Shown: positions 29,376 through 39,185 of the stretch, piece after piece
Position numbering within the stretch: the stretch's first letter is position 1
Layout of the letters: each line of letters starts with the position of its first letter
NCBI GenBank assembly: GCA_007376145.1
Contig: VMFP01000003.1
Span: forward strand, 92,741-156,740
DNA: 64,000 nt
DNA from: Parcubacteria group bacterium Gr01-1014_38
Lineage (GTDB): Bacteria > Patescibacteriota > Andersenbacteria > UBA10190 > CAIZMI01
Direction of reading: 5' to 3'
Made by a program: the position numbers and the translations under genes
The notes under the pieces: model-generated
Told to the model about the DNA's origin: nothing
Databases searched by the model: none
Seen by the model: the letters and a program-made list of their open reading frames with translations, nothing else

Positions 29376-30011
29376 ATGCCTCCCGCTGATAATCTCCTGT
29401 CGCGCCTGACGTGGCTGAAGCACGCGAGTTTTCTCTATGACGGAAGTGTTCGGATTGCCTTTGATCCCTGGCAGGTACTCCTCGATCGCCCCGTCGACCT
29501 CGTGCTTGTCACGCACGGACATTATGATCACTGTGATCCCGAAACTGTCAGCCGCATCACCGCGGAGAGCAGCGTGGTGGTCGCCGCGGGCGCCTGCGCC
29601 GATCAGCTCGTTGGCGACGTGCGTCCGATCCGCCCTGGGGAAGTCGTGAAGGTTGGCGATGTCGTGATTACGGCGACTGACGCCTACAACCTCCAGAAGA
29701 AATTCCACCCCCGCGGGGAAGGGGCAGGGTTCCTCGTGGCAGTGGACGGCGGCACGATCTTCCACGCGGGTGATACGGATGACATCCCCGAAACCCACGG
29801 ATTGAAACCGGACCTGGCACTGCTTCCGGTGGGCGGAACGTACACCATGGATGTTCCCGAAGCGGTGCGCGCGGCTGCGGCCATCGGCGCGGGCATCACC
29901 GTCCCGATGCACTATGGTTTCATCGTCGGCTCAAAGGGAGACGGGGAGCGTTTCGCGAAGGAAGCCAGCGGATCGACGAAAGTCCTCACGCCGGTCGAGC
30001 CGTTCCCGTGA
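29376..30011 (+). CDS. MBL-fold metallo-hydrolase
   Basis: HASF, THGHYDH, HAGDT, LPVGG.YTM, PMHYG. Confidence 0.92.
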   Translation: MPPADNLLSRLTWLKHASFLYDGSVRIAFDPWQVLLDRPVDLVLVTHGHYDHCDPETVSRITAESSVVVAAGACADQLVGDVRPIRPGEVVKVGDVVITATDAYNLQKKFHPRGEGAGFLVAVDGGTIFHAGDTDDIPETHGLKPDLALLPVGGTYTMDVPEAVRAAAAIGAGITVPMHYGFIVGSKGDGERFAKEASGSTKVLTPVEPFP

Positions 30012-30087
30012 ACGGAAAACGCATCCGTCCGAGGCGAGCGCGAGAAGCCGTCTGCGTTCGCTCGCGCATCAGGGAGGCATCGGGAAA

Positions 30088-30116
30088 ATCACCCGAAGCC
30101 CTGGGCTTCGGGTGAT
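30088..30116. terminator. Hairpin between convergent genes
   Basis: ATCACCCGAAGCC-CTG-GGCTTCGGGTGAT, 13-bp stem, TTTT follows on the - strand. Confidence 0.6.
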
Positions 30117-30120
30117 ACCG

Positions 30121-30582
30121 TCATGACGAAGCAGGCTGCAGATGCTGGATTTTCCCCAACAGCGCCATCAGTGTCTCACGTTCCGCTGGTGCGAGATCGC
30201 TCAAGAGACGATGACAGGCTTTTCGCAGAGAGCGATCCACGCGTTCCATGAGCTCTCTCCCCTGCGGGGTCAGTCTCACTCCGATCCGGCGACGATCCAC
30301 TCGTGTGAGCGCTCGCTCGATGAGCAATCGTGTTTCCAGATACGCGAGGATCCGGCTCGCTGCTGGGGGTTTGATCCTGAGCTGTGTTTTGATCGTTTGC
30401 ACGCTCACCAGCTCCGGGTCGGTTTCCTGAGCCGCACGTAACACGTAGTGGTGATGAGGACGGAGCTTATACTCCGTGAGTACCTCGGCATGGATGCTCG
30501 TCAAGATCCGCTGCTGGGCGCCCCACGCCCGCCAGAAGATGCGGACGGACAGTTCCTCTGCCGCAACACGCCCCGATTCCAT
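30121..30582 (-). CDS. MarR family transcriptional regulator
   Basis: wHTH with L..LE…LIER…DRR…LT..G. Confidence 0.88.
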   Translation of the reverse strand: MESGRVAAEELSVRIFWRAWGAQQRILTSIHAEVLTEYKLRPHHHYVLRAAQETDPELVSVQTIKTQLRIKPPAASRILAYLETRLLIERALTRVDRRRIGVRLTPQGRELMERVDRSLRKACHRLLSDLAPAERETLMALLGKIQHLQPASS

Positions 30583-30810
30583 AGCAGGTCCTCCTCATAG
30601 AAAGGATCAGTCCTGTTGTTTTAGTTCCGGAAGCCCACCGTAGTGCAACCATACTCCACACTCCGCAGTTCAACCAGGGACCAAGAGACCTTGGGGGGGG
30701 GCCGTCTCCGGATTTTCACAGAGTCAGGCGCGCTCCGTGCGCCGTGCTGTCGCTCTGGACCGCGAGGTGTTGCGCACTGAGCGGCAGGGACGTAGGCTAA
30801 AAGGTTACCG

Positions 30811-32328
30811 ATGTCTGTGCCCCTCTCTGTGCGTCCAGTACGTCGCGGTCTTCCAGCAGCCGAAGTCATTACCGTATTTTCCGACGGGAAGACGTTCTCG
30901 CTTCCGGAAGCGGCGGCCCGCCCCGTTAGAAGCCGGGCTTCTAACGGGGCCCGCGTCGCCCGCGAACACCTCCAGCGGGCGGCGTTCAAGGGCGAGGCGC
31001 ACGAAACGCACGCGCTCCCGCTGCCCGGACGGACGGCCCGAACGCTCTTTATTGTTGGAACCGGCAAGGCCCTGACGCTCGACGTGATCCGCCGGGGCGT
31101 TGCCGCTGCCGTCCAGCACGCAAAGGCGGAAGGGCTGCGAACGGTCTCCATCATTGCGCCATTCGCGGCTGTGTTTGGCTCCGAGCTCGGTCGAGCATTT
31201 GCCGAAGGCGCCTTGCTCGCCAACTACCGCTTTACTGCGTACTCCGCCGAGACTGCGAAGCGGGAAAAGCGCCTGGCATTGCAGCGCGTCGAACTGCTAG
31301 TGCCGCCGCAAGAACGGAAGGCCGTCGAAGAAGGCGTGCAGCGCGGGACGATTGACGCCAGCGCGACAATGCTCGCGCGCGATCTCGTGAACGAGCCGGC
31401 TTCGCGCATGACGCCGCAGTCTCTCGTTGAAGAGGCGCAGAAGATCGCGAAAGCCTCACGAGGCGCGATCGAGCTGACCATCTTGGACCGCGCGCAGTGC
31501 GCCGAGCGCGGCATGGGCGCGTTCCTTGCAGTGGCACAAGGCTCAACCGCCGAACCGGCATTTCTCCACGTGGTCTATCGGCCGGCGCCAAAGCTTCCCA
31601 TCGTCGCGCTCGTCGGGAAGGGCATCACCTTCGATTCCGGCGGCTTGAGCTTAAAGCCCGCGGACGGCATGGAAACCATGAAGATCGACATGGCGGGGGC
31701 GGCCTCGGTTCTCGGCGTGTTCTCCGCGCTGCCGAAGCTGAAGTTTCCGATCGAAGTCCACGGCTTCATTGCCGCGTGCGAAAATATGCCGTCGGGATCT
31801 GCCGTAAAGCCGGGGGATATTGTCCGCACCGCATCCGGCAAAACCGTGGAGATTCTGAATACGGACGCGGAGGGACGCCTCACGCTCGCCGACGCCATAG
31901 CCGAAGCGCGCAAGGTTCGCCCGCAGGTCATTCTGGACCTGGCGACACTCACCGGCGCTTGCGTCGTTGCGCTTGGTGAAGAAGTCACCGGTCTCTTTAG
32001 CAATGACGAAGCGACCGCCGGAAAAGTGTTGCGGGCGGCGGAATCCGCGGGCGAGTACGTTTGGCGTCTTCCCTTGATTCCGGAATACCGCTCCAATCTC
32101 AAAAGCTCGGTCGCCGACATGAAAAACATCACGGGCAAGCGGTGGGGTGGAGCCATTACCGCCGCGCTCTTCCTCAAGGAATTTATCGGCAACACGCCGT
32201 GGGCGCACCTCGACATCGCGGGGCCCAGTTACGCCGAGAAGCAAACGCACCCCGCTATCCCCGTCGGCGGCACCGGCGTCGGCGTCCGCACCGTCCTCCG
32301 CTACCTCGAATCGCTGCCCACAAGATAG
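30811..32328 (+). CDS. pepA: Leucyl aminopeptidase (M17)
   Basis: VGKGITFDSGG, MK.DMAG, NTDAEGRL, DLATLTGA, HLDIAG. Confidence 0.97.
   Translation: MSVPLSVRPVRRGLPAAEVITVFSDGKTFSLPEAAARPVRSRASNGARVAREHLQRAAFKGEAHETHALPLPGRTARTLFIVGTGKALTLDVIRRGVAAAVQHAKAEGLRTVSIIAPFAAVFGSELGRAFAEGALLANYRFTAYSAETAKREKRLALQRVELLVPPQERKAVEEGVQRGTIDASATMLARDLVNEPASRMTPQSLVEEAQKIAKASRGAIELTILDRAQCAERGMGAFLAVAQGSTAEPAFLHVVYRPAPKLPIVALVGKGITFDSGGLSLKPADGMETMKIDMAGAASVLGVFSALPKLKFPIEVHGFIAACENMPSGSAVKPGDIVRTASGKTVEILNTDAEGRLTLADAIAEARKVRPQVILDLATLTGACVVALGEEVTGLFSNDEATAGKVLRAAESAGEYVWRLPLIPEYRSNLKSSVADMKNITGKRWGGAITAALFLKEFIGNTPWAHLDIAGPSYAEKQTHPAIPVGGTGVGVRTVLRYLESLPTR
30917..30949. repeat. 33-bp palindromic element inserted in frame in pepA
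   Basis: CCCG-CCCCGTTAGAAGC-CGG-GCTTCTAACGGGG; GCCCGC direct repeat at 30916-30921 and 30949-30954. Confidence 0.8.
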
Positions 32329-32376
32329 TTTTGAGTCCGATACGGGGACGATCTGCAGTTGATTCGGTACACTCCT

Positions 32377-33699
32377 ATGAACCAAGAAGGGAACGAGCAA
32401 GGAAACAAAGCTCAGCAATCTGGTACTGACGAGCTTCGCCGACAAATAACAGAAGCGGAATCGTCTTTGAGTGACATCAAAAACAAAATAGAGGAAATTC
32501 AGAAGTATTATCAGCAATTTCAGGAGCTCAAAAGCAAAATTGACGATGGGACCGTTGGCCTGAATGCCGTTTTTAAGTTTTCTCAAGACAAGAAAACCGA
32601 GCTTGAGCAGCTTTCGGCAACTGCCAACGAGAAGTTAGCAGCTATTACCCAAGCACTTGAGCGCGTTCAACAACATACTGACGAAATCAATAGAGCATAC
32701 GAAGCGTTTCAAGCAAGCCGAGACAAAGTGAATGATCCAGGAAGTGGGTTACAAGCGGTTTTGGGACAAGCTCAAAACCTTCGTGATAATGTTGCAGAAT
32801 TTAAAGCAAAGGCGGAGCAAGTATTTGAGCAAATCCAAACACAATTAAACCAAGTTCGAGACAGCACTTCCAGGATGGAAGAAGCGTATAGACAGTTTGA
32901 AGTTACTAAACAACAAATTGATGATCCAAATAGCGGTTTAGGGGCGTTACTGCAGACAGCTTCTGATTTAAGAGCCAAGATTCAGGAGGCGCAGAAATCC
33001 GCTAGTAATACGCTCGTGGAGATACAAACACTTCATGAGAACGCGAAACAAGTACTTGGCTCTACCACGGATATTAGGAATAGGATGGATGTGCTGGAAA
33101 AAGAGAGCGTGAGCTTGAAAGAAAGCATCGCCCAGATATTATCTTTGGTAACCGATAGCAGTTTAGACGATGCCTTTAAAAGGCGTAGTCAAGCGGTTCG
33201 CGATGAAACAAAGGAGTGGCGCAGGCGCCTTGAGTGGAGCATTGGACTTTTAGTTTTTGCGATAATTTTAATATACATTCTGCAATCACTGGCACCGAAC
33301 GGTTGGCAGAATTGGAAACATTGGTATCGCTATTTGTTTACCTCGCCACTTATTTTTGCTGTCATTTTCTACACAAGGCAATATACGCTTACTCGTTCTT
33401 ACGCCGAGAAATACGCTTTTAAGTCAGTTGTGGCCACAACATTGACTTCTTATGTGAAGCTTTTAAACGATAGGTTCCCGGAGCGAAAGGATGAGTTACT
33501 GGACTTTACACTAAAGACAACAGATTTGATTTACGAGCGTCCGTTTGTCGAGAAAGACACACGGCGCAAAGCACATCTATCGCTCTTCAATATTTTCCGG
33601 GGCAAGTTGGAGCTTGACGAGAAGACGACAGCAAAGATTGCCAGCAGGATAGGCCATAAGAAACCAGAGTTGGAAGCGAGCGGAGACACTCAGGAATAA
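32377..33699 (+). CDS. Coiled-coil repeat protein with C-terminal TM pair (island gene)
   Basis: Low GC; three 63-aa repeats (DDGTVGL/NDPGSGL/DDPNSGL); two TM helices followed by YAEKYAFKS. Confidence 0.8.
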   Translation: MNQEGNEQGNKAQQSGTDELRRQITEAESSLSDIKNKIEEIQKYYQQFQELKSKIDDGTVGLNAVFKFSQDKKTELEQLSATANEKLAAITQALERVQQHTDEINRAYEAFQASRDKVNDPGSGLQAVLGQAQNLRDNVAEFKAKAEQVFEQIQTQLNQVRDSTSRMEEAYRQFEVTKQQIDDPNSGLGALLQTASDLRAKIQEAQKSASNTLVEIQTLHENAKQVLGSTTDIRNRMDVLEKESVSLKESIAQILSLVTDSSLDDAFKRRSQAVRDETKEWRRRLEWSIGLLVFAIILIYILQSLAPNGWQNWKHWYRYLFTSPLIFAVIFYTRQYTLTRSYAEKYAFKSVVATTLTSYVKLLNDRFPERKDELLDFTLKTTDLIYERPFVEKDTRRKAHLSLFNIFRGKLELDEKTTAKIASRIGHKKPELEASGDTQE

Positions 33700-33843
33700 T
33701 CCCCTTAGGTAGTTTCCCATACTACGTTCGGCGATGGCGATGCTTCTCTTCGGAAAGTTCGTACGGAGCTCAATTGGGGGTTGTTTTAGACGGTCACAGC
33801 GGCTATCCTAAACTTGTTCTGTGAATGAAAAATAGACTGCCAA

Positions 33844-34647
33844 ATGGTTATAGCAGTTAAGCAAAGAATAAAGTCCAGAATCGCAAACGAAGCGGAAACG
33901 CGTAGGTTTCCGGGGGACTTTGTTAATAAAATTGTCTGTGGTGACGTCCTCGAGATTATGAAAAAAATCCCGAATGGAGCTGTAGATTTGATTGTGACTT
34001 CTCCCCCATACAACATTAAGAACTCAACAGGTAATGGTCTAAAGGACGGGCGTGGCGGAAAATGGGCGAACGCAAGTTTGCAAAAGGGATATGCGAACTA
34101 TGACGACTGTATGCCGCACGAAGAATATGTGAAGTGGCAAAGAGAATGCATAACCGAAATGTTACGTATTATCCCGGAAGACGGTGCAATTTTCTACAAC
34201 CACAAATGGCGTGTACAAGGCGGCTTATTGCAGGATCGTGAAGATATTGTTGGTGGCTTTCCTATTCGCCAGATTATTATCTGGAAGCGTAAAGGTGGAT
34301 TCAATTTCAATCCCGGCTATTTCTTGCCGACGTACGAGGTTATCTATCTGATTGCGAAACCGAAGTTCAAGCTTACGCCAAAAGCGAATGCTCACGGTGA
34401 TGTGTGGGAATTTACACAGGAGATGAACAATGATCATCCGGCTGCATTTCCATTGAATCTGATAGATCGAATCATTTCTTCAACAAGCGCAAAGATCGTT
34501 CTTGATCCATTCATGGGTTCTGGCACAACAGCAATTTCTGCTCTTAATTTTGACAGAGATTACATCGGAATTGATATTTCGCCTGAATATTGCGAGATAG
34601 CACGAAAAAGAATTGAGAACTACCGGTCCCAAAGTAGGTTCCTCTAA
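33844..34647 (+). CDS. Site-specific DNA methyltransferase (N4/N6, beta class)
   Basis: TSPPY before HPA.FP and LDPFMGSGTT. Confidence 0.95.
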   Translation: MVIAVKQRIKSRIANEAETRRFPGDFVNKIVCGDVLEIMKKIPNGAVDLIVTSPPYNIKNSTGNGLKDGRGGKWANASLQKGYANYDDCMPHEEYVKWQRECITEMLRIIPEDGAIFYNHKWRVQGGLLQDREDIVGGFPIRQIIIWKRKGGFNFNPGYFLPTYEVIYLIAKPKFKLTPKANAHGDVWEFTQEMNNDHPAAFPLNLIDRIISSTSAKIVLDPFMGSGTTAISALNFDRDYIGIDISPEYCEIARKRIENYRSQSRFL

Positions 34648-34650
34648 CCA

Positions 34651-35448
34651 ATGCCAAAACAGCCAATTGTTTATACCAAGCAGGCATTGGTAGAAAAACT
34701 TAAGGAAATTGCTGCTGCAGACTGGATTCCAAATGCGCGGCGAGGGAATCAAGGAGGCGTTGGAAATACGCTTGAGGATTTGCTTGGACTTGAAGAGAAC
34801 AATTTACCATTGCCGAATGCTGGAGAATGGGAATTGAAAGTACAAAGGCTAAATTCAACTGCTCTTTGTACGCTCTTTCATATTGAACCTTCGCCTCGCG
34901 CTATTCGTTTTGTGCCACAAGTTCTTTTACCGAAATATGGCTGGGCGCACGGGGAGGACGGTAAGAGGTATGCAAAGGGCGAGATGAGCTTCAGACAAAC
35001 TATCCACGGTCTTGCTCGAAGCGATCGAGGGTTCATGGTGAAAATTGACCGCGAGGAAAGGAAAGTCTTGATTTCATTTGATGCCAAAAGCGTGGATGTA
35101 CGGCATAAAGACTGGCTTGGGTCTGTACAAAAGCGCGCTGGTCTTGGGGAACTCAACCCGCAACCATATTGGGGCTTTGATGATTTAGAACATAAAGCCG
35201 GAACAAAATTATCCAATGCTTTTTATGTTCAAGCTGAGGTTAAAACTGTACGAGGAAAGGAACACTACAAATACAGCAAAGTTATGATGCTTCAGAAGTT
35301 TAGTTTTAGGGGATTTTTAGAGGCGATTGAGGAAGCCAAAATTCTTGTGGATTTTGATGCACGCACAGGGCATAACCATGGAACAAAATTCAGAATGCGG
35401 CAGGACTGCTTGCCGATGTTATACGAAAGAAAAACTGTAGTTCTCTAA
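34651..35448 (+). CDS. MvaI/BcnI family restriction endonuclease
   Basis: GGVGNTLEDLLG..ENN, WELK, TLF, HNHGT.FR motifs; adjacent to MTase. Confidence 0.88.
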   Translation: MPKQPIVYTKQALVEKLKEIAAADWIPNARRGNQGGVGNTLEDLLGLEENNLPLPNAGEWELKVQRLNSTALCTLFHIEPSPRAIRFVPQVLLPKYGWAHGEDGKRYAKGEMSFRQTIHGLARSDRGFMVKIDREERKVLISFDAKSVDVRHKDWLGSVQKRAGLGELNPQPYWGFDDLEHKAGTKLSNAFYVQAEVKTVRGKEHYKYSKVMMLQKFSFRGFLEAIEEAKILVDFDARTGHNHGTKFRMRQDCLPMLYERKTVVL

Positions 35449-35528
35449 TCTTTGACCAAGGCGGAGAGCAAAGTCGAAGAAAAAAATAGGAAGCCCGGGA
35501 CGGATGGTTTTGGACGAGGTCTTTTGTT

Positions 35529-36515
35529 TTAGCTCTTCTGGATCTCCACGACGACTTTTCCGCGGGGGTGGCCGGCTTGGAGATAGGTGAGCGCTGCTCC
35601 GGCCTGCTCTAACGGGAACGTCTTGTCCAGGCGTACCTTGATGACTCCTTGCTCCACCAATTCCGCGAGTTTCGAAAGGCGCTCGGTGGTGACCTGGGTG
35701 AATTGCGAGATCGCGGTCACGCCGTATTGCTGCATGAGTTCTGCGTTTGGTTGCTCCACCATCGAGACGATGACGCCGCCTTTCCGCAAGACCTTGAAGG
35801 ATCGCGCGTAGGTTTCACCGCCGACCGTGTCAAATACGGCGTCGTAGTCATGGAGGAGATCTTCGAACTTTTGTGTTTTGTAGTCAATGACCTGATCTGC
35901 GCCCAGGTCTTTGACATACTGTGCATCATCCGCGCTGGCCGTGGCCGCCACGGTGGCGCCCAGGTGCTTCGCGAGTTGGATTGCGAAGGAGCCGATGCCG
36001 CCCGCGCCGCCATGGATGAGAATGGTTTGCTTGCCCGTCGAAGCTGTAGCGGAGGCGGGGCCCTTCCCGAGCTGTATGTGTTCCGTGAGTGCCTGCAGAG
36101 CGCTGACGCCTGCGAGTGGCAGGGCAGCGGCCTCCGTGTGGCTGACGTTCTTCGACTTCCGGGCAACGGCTGTTGGGTTAGCGGAGAGGAACTCCGCGAA
36201 GGATCCCGACCCGCCGCCCAGAACGCTTGCTTGCCCGTAGACTTCGTCGCCCTTCGTGAAGCCAGACACGCCGTCGCCCACGTCCATGACGATACCCGAA
36301 AAGTCACCTCCCAGCGTTACAGGGAACTGCAACGGGGCCATCTGCTGCATATAGCCTTCGCGGATTTTCCAGTCGATGGGATTCACACCGGCCGCGTGAA
36401 CCTCGATGAGAAGATGTCCTTGAGACACCGTTGGCGTAGGCGCGTTTTCGTTGATCTCGACAACCTCACCGCCTCCGTAGCGGTTGATTTGTGCTGCTTT
36501 CATTGTGTTCTTCAT
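35529..36515 (-). CDS. NADP-dependent oxidoreductase (MDR/quinone oxidoreductase family)
   Basis: AGVNP.DWK, G.DFSG, LIHGGAGGIG, GKVV. Confidence 0.93.
   Translation of the reverse strand: MKNTMKAAQINRYGGGEVVEINENAPTPTVSQGHLLIEVHAAGVNPIDWKIREGYMQQMAPLQFPVTLGGDFSGIVMDVGDGVSGFTKGDEVYGQASVLGGGSGSFAEFLSANPTAVARKSKNVSHTEAAALPLAGVSALQALTEHIQLGKGPASATASTGKQTILIHGGAGGIGSFAIQLAKHLGATVAATASADDAQYVKDLGADQVIDYKTQKFEDLLHDYDAVFDTVGGETYARSFKVLRKGGVIVSMVEQPNAELMQQYGVTAISQFTQVTTERLSKLAELVEQGVIKVRLDKTFPLEQAGAALTYLQAGHPRGKVVVEIQKS
36030..36059. repeat. 30-bp hairpin element inserted in frame in the oxidoreductase gene
   Basis: CTTG-CCCGTCGAAGCTGTAGCGGAGGCGGG encodes PASATASTGK, splitting the usual L..G-Q.ILIHG motif. 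Confidence 0.7.
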
Positions 36516-36536
36516 GGTTTCGTGATGGTTAAAGGT

Positions 36537-37157
36537 TTAAAAACCGAGTTTTTCTCCAACGAGGACCATGGTGATTCTCCCGGGTTGAACTTCGCGGTTG
36601 ACAATGAGGATCTTGTTCACCGAACTGCCGGGGACGCCATACGCTTTCTTCGCACGCTCGCTTTCCAGTGGCAGAGCGTACGCGTAAATTCTCCGCATTC
36701 CCTCATCGAGATTTTTTACGAGTTTCTGAGCGCCAACGACCCAGATGATGTTGCCAGCACCAAAGGCATAGGCGGGAAGCTGACTACCCGTGTTGGACGC
36801 GATCAGGACTTCTCCTCGTTCAGTTACCGCATGGACACTTCCCAGCACATAGTCGGGAGCAGCACCGAGTTTTCGCATTTCGCGCCCTTCTTTGGTCCGG
36901 TCCATACTCATGAGCTTTCGGCGAACAGAGTCATATTTTCCCGATTCATTGACTTCTTTGGGTATGCCGATCGTCTCCAGCGTAACTGAAGTCATCGTCA
37001 TCACTTCAGCACCCTCCGGCAAAAGCTCGAACACTTTCTTTTTCGCTTCCGCGCCGCTTGCCACAAAGTGTGCTTCGATACCGTTCTGCTTGAGAGCAGC
37101 CAGCGCACGTTCCATGGTCTCCTTTGAAGCCAACATTGAAAAGTTCGTTGCAGTCAT
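36537..37157 (-). CDS. LUD-domain (lactate utilization) protein
   Basis: S.HAVTE.G, SNTGSQL, VVGAQK.V, GEKLGF C-terminus. Confidence 0.85.
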   Translation of the reverse strand: MTATNFSMLASKETMERALAALKQNGIEAHFVASGAEAKKKVFELLPEGAEVMTMTSVTLETIGIPKEVNESGKYDSVRRKLMSMDRTKEGREMRKLGAAPDYVLGSVHAVTERGEVLIASNTGSQLPAYAFGAGNIIWVVGAQKLVKNLDEGMRRIYAYALPLESERAKKAYGVPGSSVNKILIVNREVQPGRITMVLVGEKLGF

Positions 37158-37173
37158 CGTTAGAGTGCTCTGG

Positions 37174-37434
37174 TTATTGTCGTTTTGTTCTGTCCAGAAT
37201 GTCCCGGATCGCGTCCAACCGTCGTGAGAGGTGCGTCGCGAAACGCTCGACGTTCGAGAGTTTGGTAAAGACGAGCATGTCGCATTCTTTCCCCAACCCT
37301 TTTCCGAAGACGAGGAGCTTCTCGCCCTTCTCCACGCTCATGGCTTCCCGAGCCTCCGCGGGAATCACCACTTGCCCTTTCTCCCCGACCGTGGTCGTGC
37401 CAAAGAAGCTCTGGTCCTTGTGTCCCTTTGTCAT
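37174..37434 (-). CDS. AbrB/MazE/SpoVT family DNA-binding protein
   Basis: G.TTVGEKGQVVIPAEARE. Confidence 0.88.
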   Translation of the reverse strand: MTKGHKDQSFFGTTTVGEKGQVVIPAEAREAMSVEKGEKLLVFGKGLGKECDMLVFTKLSNVERFATHLSRRLDAIRDILDRTKRQ

Positions 37435-37543
37435 GTGGTGCGGAAAATCTTACAAGTTGCAAAGGTATGAATCCAATATACCACTCGTTCCGCGTCTGTC
37501 AAGGGGAAGGAGATTCCCACGCGGGAGCGTTTCCTGATACCCT

Positions 37544-38290
37544 ATGAGCATGACGGCACTCGACGTGCACCACCTCACGGTGAAGCTTGGCGGGCGCACG
37601 ATTGTCGATGATATTTCCCTGTCGGTGGAAGAAGGGGAGACGGTTGCGCTCATTGGGCCGAACGGCGCGGGAAAGAGCGTGCTCGTGAAAACTATCCTTC
37701 GGCTCTTGCCGAAAACCTCAGGCGAGGTGCGCATTTTTGGTACGCCGCACGAGAACTACGCGAAGGTCGCGCCGATGGTTTCTTACGTGCCGCAATTTAT
37801 TTCCGTGGAGCGGACGTTCCCGCTCACTGTGGAGGAACTCTTTGCCTTAAAGAGCGGGAGCGATCCGAAGCGGCGGGTGCATTGCCTGGAGATCGTCGGC
37901 GCGCAGGGCCTCGAGCGACAGCGCTTGGGGACGCTCTCGGGCGGACAGCTTCAGCGAATTTTCCTTGCCTTTGCGCTCGTGGATCGCCCCCGCATTCTGT
38001 TTCTCGACGAGCCGAGTTCCGGCATCGACATCGGCGGGGAAGAAACCATCTACAACCTCATCCGCCGCGTGAGCGCCGAGGAGAAGATGACCGTCGTGCT
38101 CATCTCGCACGACATCGACATCGTCGCGGGGTTTGCGCAGCACGTGTTCTGCGTTAACCGCCAGCTGCTCTGCTCCGGGCCGCCGGCGGCGGTGCTCACC
38201 GAAGAAACGCTCCGTCGCGCCTACGGCCCGCACGTCGGCATTTACCCGCACCACCCCGAGCCGCATCATCCCGCGCACCCCGATGTCTGA
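37544..38290 (+). CDS. znuC: Zn/Mn ABC transporter ATPase
   Basis: GPNGAGKS, YVPQ, LSGGQLQR, LDEP, SHD, His-rich tail. Confidence 0.88.
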   Translation: MSMTALDVHHLTVKLGGRTIVDDISLSVEEGETVALIGPNGAGKSVLVKTILRLLPKTSGEVRIFGTPHENYAKVAPMVSYVPQFISVERTFPLTVEELFALKSGSDPKRRVHCLEIVGAQGLERQRLGTLSGGQLQRIFLAFALVDRPRILFLDEPSSGIDIGGEETIYNLIRRVSAEEKMTVVLISHDIDIVAGFAQHVFCVNRQLLCSGPPAAVLTEETLRRAYGPHVGIYPHHPEPHHPAHPDV

Positions 38291-39092
38291 ATTTCTCGAG
38301 CTCCTCAGTTTGCCCTTTGCGCAACGCGCCATCGCTGCGGGGATTGCGATTGCCGTGGTCAGCGGCGTGCTCGGCGTCTTCATTGTCCTTCGCGGGATGG
38401 CCTTTTTCTCCGATGCCATCGCGCATGCCTCGCTGCTCGGCGTAGGGCTTGCACTCTTGTTTACCGCTCCGCCACTCGTGGGCGCGCTCCTGCTGGCGGT
38501 CGTGGCCGCGGTGGTCATTGCCACTCTCCGCGGTCGAACAGTGTTGTCGCTCGATACCCTCATCGGCGTCTTTTTCTCCGCGGCGGTGGCGCTCGGCGTT
38601 ATCACCATCGGATTCTTGAAAGGCTACCGGGCCGACTTGCTGGCCTTCTTGTTCGGCGATGTTCTGGCGCTTGGTCCGCTCGACGTGGTGCTCGCATGGG
38701 TGCTTTCTGTGGTCGTCCTCATCGCGCTGTTTTTCTCCTGGCGGGCCGTCGTCTTGAGCACGTTACACCGTGACCTCGCGGCAGTGGAGGGGGTCCCGGT
38801 CGTGCGCACGGATCTGCTGTTCTTGGTTCTCGTCGCGCTCGTCGTGGCGGTTGCCATCCGCATCGTGGGTGTCATTTTGGTGACGGCGCTCCTCATTGTG
38901 CCCGCGGCGACTGCCCAGAACCTTGCCCGGAACTTCCAGGCGATGGTGGCGTGGTCCGTTGGGGTGAGCGTGGTGTCCTTGTTCGGCGGCCTGGCGCTCT
39001 CCTTTGCGACGAATTTGCCCAGCGGACCCACGATTGTCGTGGTCGCGTCCGCGCTGTTTCTTCTTTCTCTCGTCGCACGGCCAACGCGGTAA
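38283..39092 (+). CDS. znuB: Zn/Mn ABC transporter permease
   Basis: DAIAHASL.G, LFGD, VG.ILV.ALLI.PAA. Confidence 0.88.
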   Translation: MSEFLELLSLPFAQRAIAAGIAIAVVSGVLGVFIVLRGMAFFSDAIAHASLLGVGLALLFTAPPLVGALLLAVVAAVVIATLRGRTVLSLDTLIGVFFSAAVALGVITIGFLKGYRADLLAFLFGDVLALGPLDVVLAWVLSVVVLIALFFSWRAVVLSTLHRDLAAVEGVPVVRTDLLFLVLVALVVAVAIRIVGVILVTALLIVPAATAQNLARNFQAMVAWSVGVSVVSLFGGLALSFATNLPSGPTIVVVASALFLLSLVARPTR

Positions 39093-39185
39093 CACTAGGT
39101 TTTTCACAGAGTTGACAGAGAGGACTTGGAACAGCCATGATGCGGCGGCGTTTTGGTGTTCCTTACACTTTGTGGAGGCTCTATC

